Origin: Candidatus Omnitrophota bacterium
Lineage (GTDB): Bacteria > Omnitrophota > Gorgyraeia > B26-G9
Direction: 5' to 3'
DNA: 64,000 nt
Assembly: GCA_043826565.1 (NCBI GenBank)
Contig: JBDRPX010000025.1
Location: forward strand, 36,966-100,965
In this document: piece by piece, positions 37,275-46,114 of the stretch
How the letters are laid out: each line of letters opens with the position of its first letter
How positions within the stretch are numbered: the stretch's first letter is position 1
Notes under the pieces: model-generated
Told to the model about the DNA's origin: nothing
Databases searched by the model: none
What the model saw: only the letters and a program-made list of their open reading frames with translations
Program-made: the position numbers and the translations under genes

Positions 37275-38781
37275 TGCTAATAATAAAATCTTGTTTGTTT
37301 CTCCGCCTTCTAGAGCATTTAACCACTATCGTCCGCCGTTGGCATTAATGTATCTTTCTGGTTATTTAAAAAAACAGGGAGTTGCTGCTAAAATTATTGA
37401 TTGTATTATTCAAGATCAGGTGAGAAGTAAGTCTTTTGAAAAAAATAAAGACAGATATCTGACTGATGTGCGTGATAATATGCTAAAGCAGATTATTGAA
37501 GCTGAAACAGATATAGTGTGTATTACCTGTTATACCCCGGAATTGCCGGAAGTAGAGGTCCTTGCCGCCCAAATAAAGAAGAAAAATAGTAATATAAAAA
37601 TTATTGCCGGAGGTGTTCATCCTACTTTTTATCCTGAACATCTTATTTATGAGGGTTCTAATTTCGATTTTGTTGTTGTTGGCGAAGGAGAAGTTACTCT
37701 TTTTGAATTAATAAAAGCTATTCGCAGTGATAGTAATGATTACGGTCTTATTGAGGGGATAGCTTATTTAGATGTTGAAAAAAATAAACTAGTTAAAAAT
37801 AAAGGACGTATTCTGGCCGAAGATTTAGATGAAATATCATTTCCTGATTATGCGGATTTAGATATGGATTTTTATACAACAGCTTCGCCGTATGCAATAA
37901 GAGGGGTGTTTTCTAAAAGCTTTTATGTGTTATCTTCCCGGGGGTGCCCATCTTCATGCACTTTTTGTGTTTCAAAAAAAATTAGAGAGTTTTATGCCGG
38001 AGAGAAATTTGTCAGGCTTCGTTCGCCAGAGTCCCTTTTTCGGGAAGTTAAGGAGTTAAGAGAGAAATATAAAATTGACTCTTTTTATTTTATTGATGAT
38101 CTTTTTACTTTAAAGAAAGACCATGTCGGAGAATTTTGCCGATTAATGATTGATGATAAGTCTCCATTGATTTGGGGATGTTCCTCAAAAGTTAATACTG
38201 TTGACTATGAGATGCTGAAAAATATGGCTGATGCCGGTTGTGTGCAGATTGATTTTGGCGTTGAAAAAGGAACAGATTCTGAGCTGAAACAGCTGAAAAA
38301 GGGGATAACCATTGCGCAGATAAAAAAAACATTTGATATCTGCCGGAAACTGGGTATCCGCACTTTTGCGAATATGCTGGTTAATACTCCGGCAGAGCAA
38401 GAAGCTGATTTGAAATCGTCTTTAACATTTGTCCAACGTTTACGTCCAACCATAGTTTCTTTTAATGTTTTTGCCCCTTATCCGGGGTGTGAAATTTTTG
38501 ACCGGTGCTGTGAAAATATCACTAGAGATGATTATCCTGATTTAATGAATACTGTTTTGCTGATTAAGGATAAGCCGGAGAAATACAGATTTGCCGAGCA
38601 TTCTGTGGATTTGCTGGATTGGGTTATTAAAGCTAATAAAAAATATAATCTGATTTTTCCTAATCTCAGGATATATTTTAGTTGGAAATATATTAAAAAC
38701 ATTCTTAGATCAAGATGCAAAATGGAATATGTAAAAGGATCGGTCAGCTTGGTAAAAGAATTTATTAATCAGAAATTTTAG
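37261..38781 (+). CDS. Cobalamin-binding radical SAM enzyme
   Basis: The B12-binding domain reads ILFVSPPSRAFNHYRPPLALMYLSGYLKKQG. The cluster motif is SRGCPSSCTFCVS. Confidence 0.8.
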   Translation: MDRNSANNKILFVSPPSRAFNHYRPPLALMYLSGYLKKQGVAAKIIDCIIQDQVRSKSFEKNKDRYLTDVRDNMLKQIIEAETDIVCITCYTPELPEVEVLAAQIKKKNSNIKIIAGGVHPTFYPEHLIYEGSNFDFVVVGEGEVTLFELIKAIRSDSNDYGLIEGIAYLDVEKNKLVKNKGRILAEDLDEISFPDYADLDMDFYTTASPYAIRGVFSKSFYVLSSRGCPSSCTFCVSKKIREFYAGEKFVRLRSPESLFREVKELREKYKIDSFYFIDDLFTLKKDHVGEFCRLMIDDKSPLIWGCSSKVNTVDYEMLKNMADAGCVQIDFGVEKGTDSELKQLKKGITIAQIKKTFDICRKLGIRTFANMLVNTPAEQEADLKSSLTFVQRLRPTIVSFNVFAPYPGCEIFDRCCENITRDDYPDLMNTVLLIKDKPEKYRFAEHSVDLLDWVIKANKKYNLIFPNLRIYFSWKYIKNILRSRCKMEYVKGSVSLVKEFINQKF

Positions 38782-38820
38782 TTTTCAAAAATAAGGTAAA
38801 AGGATTCTTATCGAGGCTTT

Positions 38821-39744
38821 ATGAAATGCAGTTTATGTTTAAGCTATAAAGTAAGGCAGTTGTTTGTTGCCCAGGATATCCATGGAAGACAAGTATTAAG
38901 TGAAGATGAATTTAATATTTTCCAGTGTGATGTCTGTAATGTTGCTTTTACAGCAGTAAATATCAGTGCAGATTATTACAAAAAATACTATCGTGAAGAT
39001 TACTACTTACCGCCTAATTCTAATCGCTTAGTTGCCGGATGCTTATCTTTTCTGCAGGAATTCAGTTTTAAAAAGAGATTGAAGCTTATTGAACGCTATA
39101 ACAGTTCTAAGGGCAAGAGAATACTTGAAATCGGCTGTGCCAGAGGTGAATTTTTGAATTTTTTGCCGGATTGTTATGTTAAGAGCGGAGTAGAAATAAA
39201 TGAATCAGGGTATAATTTTGTTAAAGAGAATTATAAGAATATTAATGTTTATAATGTAAGGATTAATGACCAGGATTTTGAAGCTCAAGAACTGGGTAAA
39301 TTTGATGTGATAATTATGTGGCATGTGTTTGAACACATTAATGATCCGGTTGTTTTTGCGGGTAATCTTTCAAAGCTTTTAGCTGAAGATGGAGTTTTAA
39401 TCTTTGATATCCCAAATAGAAATAGTTTTGGTTTTCATTTAACTCAAAAATGGTGGTTTCATTTAGATGCCCCGCGTCATTTGTTTCATTATGATTATAA
39501 GAGTATGGACAATTTAATGCAAAAAAGTAAATTGAAGATAGTTGGATGTTTCGGGAATATCTGGGATTATCCACAGGATCTATCTGCGAGTTTTTATTCA
39601 AAGTTTAAAACCAGCAATATTATTCTTAATTGTCTGGTTCTTGTTTTTATTCTGCCAATTGGAGCAATTTTTAGATTAATAATTGCTTTGGTTTTTTTGA
39701 AAAAATCTGAAATCAATACATATATAATAAAGCATGCTAACTAG
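38821..39744 (+). CDS. Class I SAM-dependent methyltransferase with N-terminal Cys4 zinc-ribbon
   Basis: CSLC...CDVC pairs at the N-terminus. Motif I is ILEIGCARGEF. The II/III region is VIIMWHVFEHIND. Confidence 0.65.
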   Translation: MKCSLCLSYKVRQLFVAQDIHGRQVLSEDEFNIFQCDVCNVAFTAVNISADYYKKYYREDYYLPPNSNRLVAGCLSFLQEFSFKKRLKLIERYNSSKGKRILEIGCARGEFLNFLPDCYVKSGVEINESGYNFVKENYKNINVYNVRINDQDFEAQELGKFDVIIMWHVFEHINDPVVFAGNLSKLLAEDGVLIFDIPNRNSFGFHLTQKWWFHLDAPRHLFHYDYKSMDNLMQKSKLKIVGCFGNIWDYPQDLSASFYSKFKTSNIILNCLVLVFILPIGAIFRLIIALVFLKKSEINTYIIKHAN

Positions 39745-39843
39745 TAGAAATATTTGAGCTTTATAAGAGGCAAGGGCATATAGTTTTAGAAGGGAATGTG
39801 TTATAATAAATAATTCCGTAATTATCAAAAGAAAGGCAATTAA

Positions 39844-40749
39844 ATGGGGCTTTCAGCTAGAGATCTTAAATATGTGATCAGGATCGTAAATAAATATAAA
39901 ATCCAAGGGCCATTGCTTACTTTGGGCAATCAGGATATTTATGCGACAAAGCAGCAGGTTATTGACTGGATGAAGCTTGATAACTGTAAACAATTTATCC
40001 CAAGCTCAATTGAATATTCCACCAGCGCAAGTACGGTGAAGGTTAACGAGGAAGCAAAAAAATATATCCATGCAAAAACTTTTTTTGAGTTTCTCGGTAT
40101 TTCCGCGGATAACTATTACGATGTGGATAAGTTCGATTTCGATAAACCGAAAATATTATTTGATATGCAGGATGAAGTTGATCAAAAATTACATAATAAA
40201 TTCAATTTTATTTTAGATAGCGGGACGTTGGAGCATATCTTTGATGTGAAACAGGTGTTGAGTAATATCGTGAAAATGACAAAATTAAATGGTTATGTTT
40301 TGCAGCTTATCCCTACGCATAACTTTGTAAACCATGGATTTTATCAATGTTGTCCGACATTGTTCTTTGATTTTTATATGGCAAATGGGTTTAAAATTGT
40401 GGAGTCTTATGTGGTAGAGATTAGACAGTTTTGTAACAGGTTCTATAAGTATGTCCAGGAACAGGACTATTTAGGGATGTATCTTTCTCCGACAAAGCGA
40501 TATGCTAGTGTTTTCTTAGTCCAGAAAATTAAAGAGCAGTCTAAAATTGTTAATCCGGATCAGTATTTATATAGCATGTTAGTCAAAGATACTGAAGAGG
40601 TTACGGCGAATTTCAATAAATCATTTATTGATAAAGTCACTAATTTTTTACGTCACATTATTCCCATTAGGTTCCACGGAGTTTTTTTTAGTATTTGGCA
40701 ATTCATGAAACGCTTAGAAGAAAAAAGAGAGTATTTTGATATTAGGTAG
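39844..40749 (+). CDS. Hypothetical protein with methyltransferase-like (FkbM/MTase_11-like) features
   Basis: FILDSGTLEHIFDVKQVLSNIVKMTKLNGYVLQLIP resembles the motif II/III region of class I MTases. There is no clear glycine-rich motif I. Confidence 0.35.
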   Translation: MGLSARDLKYVIRIVNKYKIQGPLLTLGNQDIYATKQQVIDWMKLDNCKQFIPSSIEYSTSASTVKVNEEAKKYIHAKTFFEFLGISADNYYDVDKFDFDKPKILFDMQDEVDQKLHNKFNFILDSGTLEHIFDVKQVLSNIVKMTKLNGYVLQLIPTHNFVNHGFYQCCPTLFFDFYMANGFKIVESYVVEIRQFCNRFYKYVQEQDYLGMYLSPTKRYASVFLVQKIKEQSKIVNPDQYLYSMLVKDTEEVTANFNKSFIDKVTNFLRHIIPIRFHGVFFSIWQFMKRLEEKREYFDIR

Positions 40750-40790
40750 ATGCGGAGAGTAGTTTATAGTTGAAAGGAAGAAATAAGATA

Positions 40791-41444
40791 ATGGGAACGT
40801 ATGCCACAAAATATTATCAAGCTATAGATCTGATTATAAAAAACTATTCTTTGAAAGAAAATCTTAAAATTTTAGATGTGGGGATAGGAACAGGACAAAC
40901 AACATCTTTGTTTAAAACAAAACATAATGAAGTAACCGGTGTGGATATTGTGGACAGGAGAGTTGCGCAGTATTCGAATAATTTCGATTTTCAATTAGAA
41001 GACGGATTAGAATTATCTTTTAAGGATGAATCATTTGACTTGGTTGTTTCTTTTGATGTTATTGAGCATATCGAAAATGCGGGTAAATTTGCTGGAGAAA
41101 TGATGCGGGTATTGAAAGTCGGCGGGAAAATATTAATTGGGACTCCCAGTAGATTACGTATTTCAAGTCTGGTGCAAATGATGTTAGGGAAAAAAATAAC
41201 CTTTCCCAGGTATTACGGGACAAGTAAGGAATTAGGAGATGTTGTCCATGTGTATGAATATACTGTGGAAGAGTTAAAGAAAATGGTTGAAGGCTATGGG
41301 GCAAATATTTTGCAGGCACGCGGATTCTTGCTGGGTATGTATTTGTTTGGGGGAAAGGGGCAAGGTTTCTTGCAGGCTCCTGGGTTTTTAACTAATTTTG
41401 CCCAGCATTTATTTGTTTTGGGAGTTAAGCACACCGCGGGTTAA
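40791..41444 (+). CDS. Class I SAM-dependent methyltransferase
   Basis: Motif I ILDVGIGTGQTT. Motif II/III VVSFDVIEHIEN...KVGGKILIGTP. The ATG at 40791 is taken as the start; the track's TTG at 40770 is an alternative. Confidence 0.7.
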   Translation: MGTYATKYYQAIDLIIKNYSLKENLKILDVGIGTGQTTSLFKTKHNEVTGVDIVDRRVAQYSNNFDFQLEDGLELSFKDESFDLVVSFDVIEHIENAGKFAGEMMRVLKVGGKILIGTPSRLRISSLVQMMLGKKITFPRYYGTSKELGDVVHVYEYTVEELKKMVEGYGANILQARGFLLGMYLFGGKGQGFLQAPGFLTNFAQHLFVLGVKHTAG

Positions 41445-41467
41445 GTAAATTCTAGGGATTGTTAAAG

Positions 41468-43945
41468 ATGAACGAAAAAATTAAAATATTTAAAAAAGAA
41501 TTTTTTGTAACTCTGGGCTATATATTAGTTAGTATTTATGCTACATTTCCGGTTATTCTGAAACTTAATTCAGCTTTTTATGGTACAGCTACTGACCCAT
41601 TGGCTTGGATGTGGAATTTTTGGTGGATGAAATATTCTAATCTAAAAGGATTGGACTTGGTTTTTTGTAATATGTTGGCGTATCCTTTTGGCCTGAAAAT
41701 ACCGGCACTCTTTCCGGCCTGGGGGCCGATCAATAAATGTTTAGCTATGCTCACCGGAGAAGTTGCCGCATACAATCTTCAGATAATCACCAGTTTTTTT
41801 CTTGCCGGAGTAGCGATGTATATGCTTGTTTTTTATTTTACAAAAAATCGGCTGGCTTCTTTTTTCTCCGGAGTAGTTTTTATGCTCTGCCCATATCATT
41901 TTGCGCGTTCCTGGGATCACCTTGGTTTGTCTAATATGCATTGGATGGTATTTTATATACGATCATTGTTTATAGTAATTAAAGAAAAAACTTATAAAAG
42001 TGCGATAATTTGCGGGTTGTGCTTAGGATTAATAAGTCATTTAAGTAATTTATATTATTTATATTTTATGTTAATCTTTTCTTCGATTTTTATAATTTAT
42101 TGGTTGGGGTATGGACTAATCATCAACAAAAAAGTTCAGATCAAAGATTGTTTTAAAACTATAAAAGTAGCTATAATTGCGGTCATTATCGCACTTATAA
42201 TGATATTGCCGCATATTAATGTAATTAAAAAAAGCCTTGCGCTGAGTTCTGAAGTTGAATTTAATGTAAAAGATGTTTCCCGTCCTTTTGGTCAGCTTTT
42301 TGCGGATTCAGCGAGGCCTTTAAATTATTTTTTACCCACGGAATATCACCCTATTTTAGGAAAAATAACCAAAATTTTTATCAACACACCGTTATACGGT
42401 GAGAATAGCGGCGGGGAACAGTCGCTTTACCTGGGAATTATCCCGCTGATGTTGGCATTTTTTGGTTATCGGCAATGGCAAAACAAAAAAAAGGCCTTAA
42501 AAACTACGCCGATGGAAGATTTTGTTTCCAGTTTTTTTAGTATTGCGTTTTTTGTGTTTATGATATTTTCTTTTAGTCCCTACTGGGGGATTAAAAATGG
42601 GGTTTTAATCCCATTTCCTTCTTATTTTTTATATGAAATTTTTCCCATGTTTCGTAATTATGCACGTATGGGAGTATTGGTTATGGTATGTGTGTGTGTG
42701 CTTGCCGGATTTGGTTTGAAATATTATCTTGAAAAAATCAGCGCTCAACGCAAAAAACTTGCCGTGGTAAGCATACTTTGTTGTATTGTTCTTTTGGAAT
42801 TTTTGAATTTTCCGCCGTTCAGGACAACGGATGTATCAGATGTATCACCAGCTTATTTATGGTTAAAAGATCAGCCGGATGATATCGTTATCGCAGAGTA
42901 TCCGATAGATGCAGATGGAAGGCAGTATTTATTTAACCAGCGGGTTCATCATAAAAGTATGATTAATGGGGCCGTCCCGGGAACATATGCTTATGAAGTG
43001 ATGGAAAAGATTGTTGACGTTAACGCAGAAAAAACAGCAGGCATATTAGGATTTCTGGGGGCTAAGTATCTGGTTATGCATGAAGATAAATACACTAATT
43101 ATGACGGAGGCGTAATCCTGGGGCAAATCCCTGATCTTAGCTCAAACACAGGGTATGTGCTGGTCAAGGATTTTGGTAATAAAAAGATTTATGAAATAAC
43201 CGCAAAAGTTGTTGATCCAAAGGCTGTAACGGAAAATAATAATGGTAAGCAGATGAATTTAGCGGGTACGTCTCCGGCTTTATTAGAAGTTAATAATTTT
43301 GGATTTAAAGTAGGGGATAAATTCTTTTACACAATTAAATATTTTGGGATTATTCCGTTATTTGATTTTTATTTGGAAGTAAAAGATGCGCCGAGTGACA
43401 ATAATTTATTATTGGAGGCCGAGGCCAAAGAAAAAGGAATTATTGCTAAATTTATGGATATTGATATAAAATTGAAGTCATTGATCGATAAGGATGCAAC
43501 TATCCCGCTAAGGTACAAACAGAGTATAAGGATGGGTAAGGAAAATAAAGTAAGGGATGTTGTGTTTAACCATGAGCAGTTGTTTGTGATTAGTGGCGAG
43601 CGGAGGGTATCAATTAATAAGAATACACAGGATCCGCTTTCCGCATTGTTTTATCTGGCTGCTTTTGATTTTAATGAAGGCCGTAAGATTGATGTTTTTA
43701 TAAACCCCGGTAAGACAAATTATAAGCTGCAGGCAGAAGTGCTGGGAGAAACTCAAATAAAATATTCCGGCAAAAAAATAAGCTGCTGGGAGGTTCAGGG
43801 AGAATATTTTAGCTTAAAAGGTAAGTCGAAAAAAATAGCTTCGGTTAATATTTGGTTCTTAAATGACCGGGCAAAAACTTTAGTACGCATGCAAGTTTTA
43901 ACAAAATTAGGGTTTATTACTATTGAAAAGAATACGGCAAATTAA
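41468..43945 (+). CDS. GT-C-like large membrane protein (N-terminal ~460-aa polytopic domain plus C-terminal ~360-aa soluble domain); candidate glycosyltransferase or oligosaccharyltransferase
   Basis: Multiple TM helices up to about residue 460, then a hydrophilic beta-rich C-terminus. This architecture resembles ArnT/PMT/YfhO/PglB-type GT-C enzymes. No diagnostic motif was identified. Confidence 0.45.
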   Translation: MNEKIKIFKKEFFVTLGYILVSIYATFPVILKLNSAFYGTATDPLAWMWNFWWMKYSNLKGLDLVFCNMLAYPFGLKIPALFPAWGPINKCLAMLTGEVAAYNLQIITSFFLAGVAMYMLVFYFTKNRLASFFSGVVFMLCPYHFARSWDHLGLSNMHWMVFYIRSLFIVIKEKTYKSAIICGLCLGLISHLSNLYYLYFMLIFSSIFIIYWLGYGLIINKKVQIKDCFKTIKVAIIAVIIALIMILPHINVIKKSLALSSEVEFNVKDVSRPFGQLFADSARPLNYFLPTEYHPILGKITKIFINTPLYGENSGGEQSLYLGIIPLMLAFFGYRQWQNKKKALKTTPMEDFVSSFFSIAFFVFMIFSFSPYWGIKNGVLIPFPSYFLYEIFPMFRNYARMGVLVMVCVCVLAGFGLKYYLEKISAQRKKLAVVSILCCIVLLEFLNFPPFRTTDVSDVSPAYLWLKDQPDDIVIAEYPIDADGRQYLFNQRVHHKSMINGAVPGTYAYEVMEKIVDVNAEKTAGILGFLGAKYLVMHEDKYTNYDGGVILGQIPDLSSNTGYVLVKDFGNKKIYEITAKVVDPKAVTENNNGKQMNLAGTSPALLEVNNFGFKVGDKFFYTIKYFGIIPLFDFYLEVKDAPSDNNLLLEAEAKEKGIIAKFMDIDIKLKSLIDKDATIPLRYKQSIRMGKENKVRDVVFNHEQLFVISGERRVSINKNTQDPLSALFYLAAFDFNEGRKIDVFINPGKTNYKLQAEVLGETQIKYSGKKISCWEVQGEYFSLKGKSKKIASVNIWFLNDRAKTLVRMQVLTKLGFITIEKNTAN

Positions 43946-43959
43946 ATAAGGAGCAAAGA

Positions 43960-44994
43960 ATGAAAATTTTAGTTACCGGAGGCGCGGGCATGGTTGGTTC
44001 CCATTGTGCGGAATATTATGCTAAAAAAGGAGCAAAGGTAGTTGCCTTAGATAACCTGATGCGTTCGGAGCTGTTTAAATCCAAGAAAAAGAGTGTGGAG
44101 TATAATTGGCGTTTTCTACAGAAAATGAAAAATGTTACCTGTTTAAAAGGCGACGTGCGTAATGAAAAAGATGTTATGGAAGCTATTGGAAAAGGCGTGG
44201 ATGCGGTTATCCATACTGCCGGACAGCCGGGAGTGCCCTCATCAGTGCGTATGCCGAAAGAAGATTTCAGTATTAATGCGTTTGGAACACTTAATGTGCT
44301 GGAATGTTTAAGAAGTAAAAGCAAAAATGCCGCGTTTGTGTATTGTTCAACCAATAAAGTATATGGAGAAAATATTGATAAAATCCCGCTAAAAGAGTTG
44401 AAAACAAGGTATGCCTTTAAAGGTATGAATGGGGTTGATGAAAAAATGCTTACGGATTTAACCGGGCATACGCCGTATGGGGTAAGCAAGTTAGTGGGTG
44501 ATTTATATACCCAGGAGTATGCGCATATCTACGGCATGAAAACTGCGGTATTCAGAATGAGCTGTATTTATGGAGACCGTCAGTTTGGATTTGAAGACCA
44601 GGGCTGGGTAGCGTGGTTTATTATTGCTTGTTTGACCGGCAGGAAAATAACTGTATTTGGCGACGGTAAACAAGTGCGGGACCTTTTGTATGCCGGAGAT
44701 CTGGTTAAGAGTTATGATCGTTTTATCCAAGGGAAAATTAAGCACACCATTGTTAATGTCGGAGGAGGTAAAGATAATACGATTTCTTTGCTTGAGTTTC
44801 TGGATAAGCTTAAAGGGTTGACCGGGAAAAAGCCAAAAGTGCAATTTAGCAATTGGCGGCCTTCTGATCAGAAAGTCTATGTGTCGGATATCGGTAAGGC
44901 AAAAAAAATATTATCATGGGAACCGCAAGTATCCGTGGAGCAGGGTTTGTTAAAATTGACCGAATGGATTAAGGATAACAGAGTTTTGTTTTAA
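43960..44994 (+). CDS. CDP-paratose 2-epimerase-like (Tyv/RfbE family) NAD-dependent epimerase
   Basis: MKILVTGGAGMVGSH...ALDNL...STNKVYGE...TPYGVSKLVGDLYTQEYAHIYGMKTAVFRMSCIYGDRQFGFEDQGWVAWF...GDGKQVRDLLYAGDLV parallels Salmonella Tyv blocks, as recalled rather than searched. Confidence 0.6.
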   Translation: MKILVTGGAGMVGSHCAEYYAKKGAKVVALDNLMRSELFKSKKKSVEYNWRFLQKMKNVTCLKGDVRNEKDVMEAIGKGVDAVIHTAGQPGVPSSVRMPKEDFSINAFGTLNVLECLRSKSKNAAFVYCSTNKVYGENIDKIPLKELKTRYAFKGMNGVDEKMLTDLTGHTPYGVSKLVGDLYTQEYAHIYGMKTAVFRMSCIYGDRQFGFEDQGWVAWFIIACLTGRKITVFGDGKQVRDLLYAGDLVKSYDRFIQGKIKHTIVNVGGGKDNTISLLEFLDKLKGLTGKKPKVQFSNWRPSDQKVYVSDIGKAKKILSWEPQVSVEQGLLKLTEWIKDNRVLF

Positions 44995-45117
44995 TGTGAA
45001 GAATATTATCAATAACTTATTACATTAAGACATCCTATAAAGAGAAAAATAGGAGGATGTCTTGATTATATAGATTAAAAAGAAGATTGCAGTGATTTAA
45101 AAGCTGTCAAGTCAGAA

Positions 45118-45208
45118 GATTAATAGTTTAATCTTCGTAATCTAATGTTAATCGTTTTAATCAGGTATAATCCAGCCGGGGATTGAAGATTATACCAGGG
45201 GTGGTGTT
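45118..45208 (+). promoter_or_regulatory. Promoter and operator region of rmlA: phased TAATC array (9-11-9-10 nt spacing) overlapping a TATAAT -10, plus a 9-bp inverted repeat GGTATAATC/GATTATACC
   Basis: GATTA at 45118. TAATC at 45129, 45138, 45149, 45158 and 45168. TATAAT at 45166-45171. GATTATACC at 45188-45196. The start codon is 12 nt downstream. Confidence 0.45.
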
Positions 45209-46078
45209 ATGAAAGGAATAATTTTAGCTGGAGGCAGAGCGACAAGGCTTTATCCCATAACTAAAGGGGTATGTAAGCAGTTACTGCCGGTATATGATAA
45301 ACCGATGATATATTATCCGCTATCCACATTAATGCTGGCCGGGATAAAGGAGATATTAATCGTATCCACTCCGCATGATTTGCCGAGATTTAAGGATTTA
45401 TTTTCTGACGGCAAAGAGCTGGGGCTTAAGATATCTTATGCGGAACAGCCTCAGCCCAAAGGAATAGCCGATGCGTTTGTTATCGGTGCGGATTTTATCG
45501 GCACGGATACCGTGTGTTTGATCTTGGGTGATAATGTTTTTTACGGCAGTGATATGGAGTCTCAGCTGAAAGAAGCAGTTGATCAGCAAGAGGGAGCAGT
45601 AGTTTTTGGTTATTATGTGAAATCTCCGCAGCGCTACGGGGTTATTGAGTTTGATAAAGAGCATAATGTGGTTTCGATTGAAGAAAAACCGCAGCATCCA
45701 AAGTCTAATTGGGTAGCCACCGGGCTTTATATTTATGATAATAGTGTTGTGAATATGTCCAGGAATCTTAAGCCTTCTGCCAGAGGAGAGCTGGAAATTA
45801 CCGATATCAACAATAATTATCTTAAAAACAAAAAATTAAAAGTAAAATTATTAGGCCGGGGTTATGCCTGGCTGGATACGGGAACATATGATTCTCTGAT
45901 TGATGCTTCGGTATTTATAAAAACAATTGAAGAACGGCAAGGCTTGAAAATCGGCTGTATTGAAGAAATCGCCTATCGTATGGGCTATATTGATGCCAAG
46001 CAGTTGGATAAATTAGCTGCCGGTATTAATACCGAGTATGGTGATTACCTGCGTAGTGTTATTTCTTCGCATCCATAA
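45209..46078 (+). CDS. rmlA: Glucose-1-phosphate thymidylyltransferase
   Basis: [52 protein letters not shown] is the canonical RmlA/RfbA N-terminus. Confidence 0.85.
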   Translation: MKGIILAGGRATRLYPITKGVCKQLLPVYDKPMIYYPLSTLMLAGIKEILIVSTPHDLPRFKDLFSDGKELGLKISYAEQPQPKGIADAFVIGADFIGTDTVCLILGDNVFYGSDMESQLKEAVDQQEGAVVFGYYVKSPQRYGVIEFDKEHNVVSIEEKPQHPKSNWVATGLYIYDNSVVNMSRNLKPSARGELEITDINNNYLKNKKLKVKLLGRGYAWLDTGTYDSLIDASVFIKTIEERQGLKIGCIEEIAYRMGYIDAKQLDKLAAGINTEYGDYLRSVISSHP

Positions 46079-46114
46079 AAAACAGGAAGTCGATATTATT
46101 TGAGAGGAAATGTT

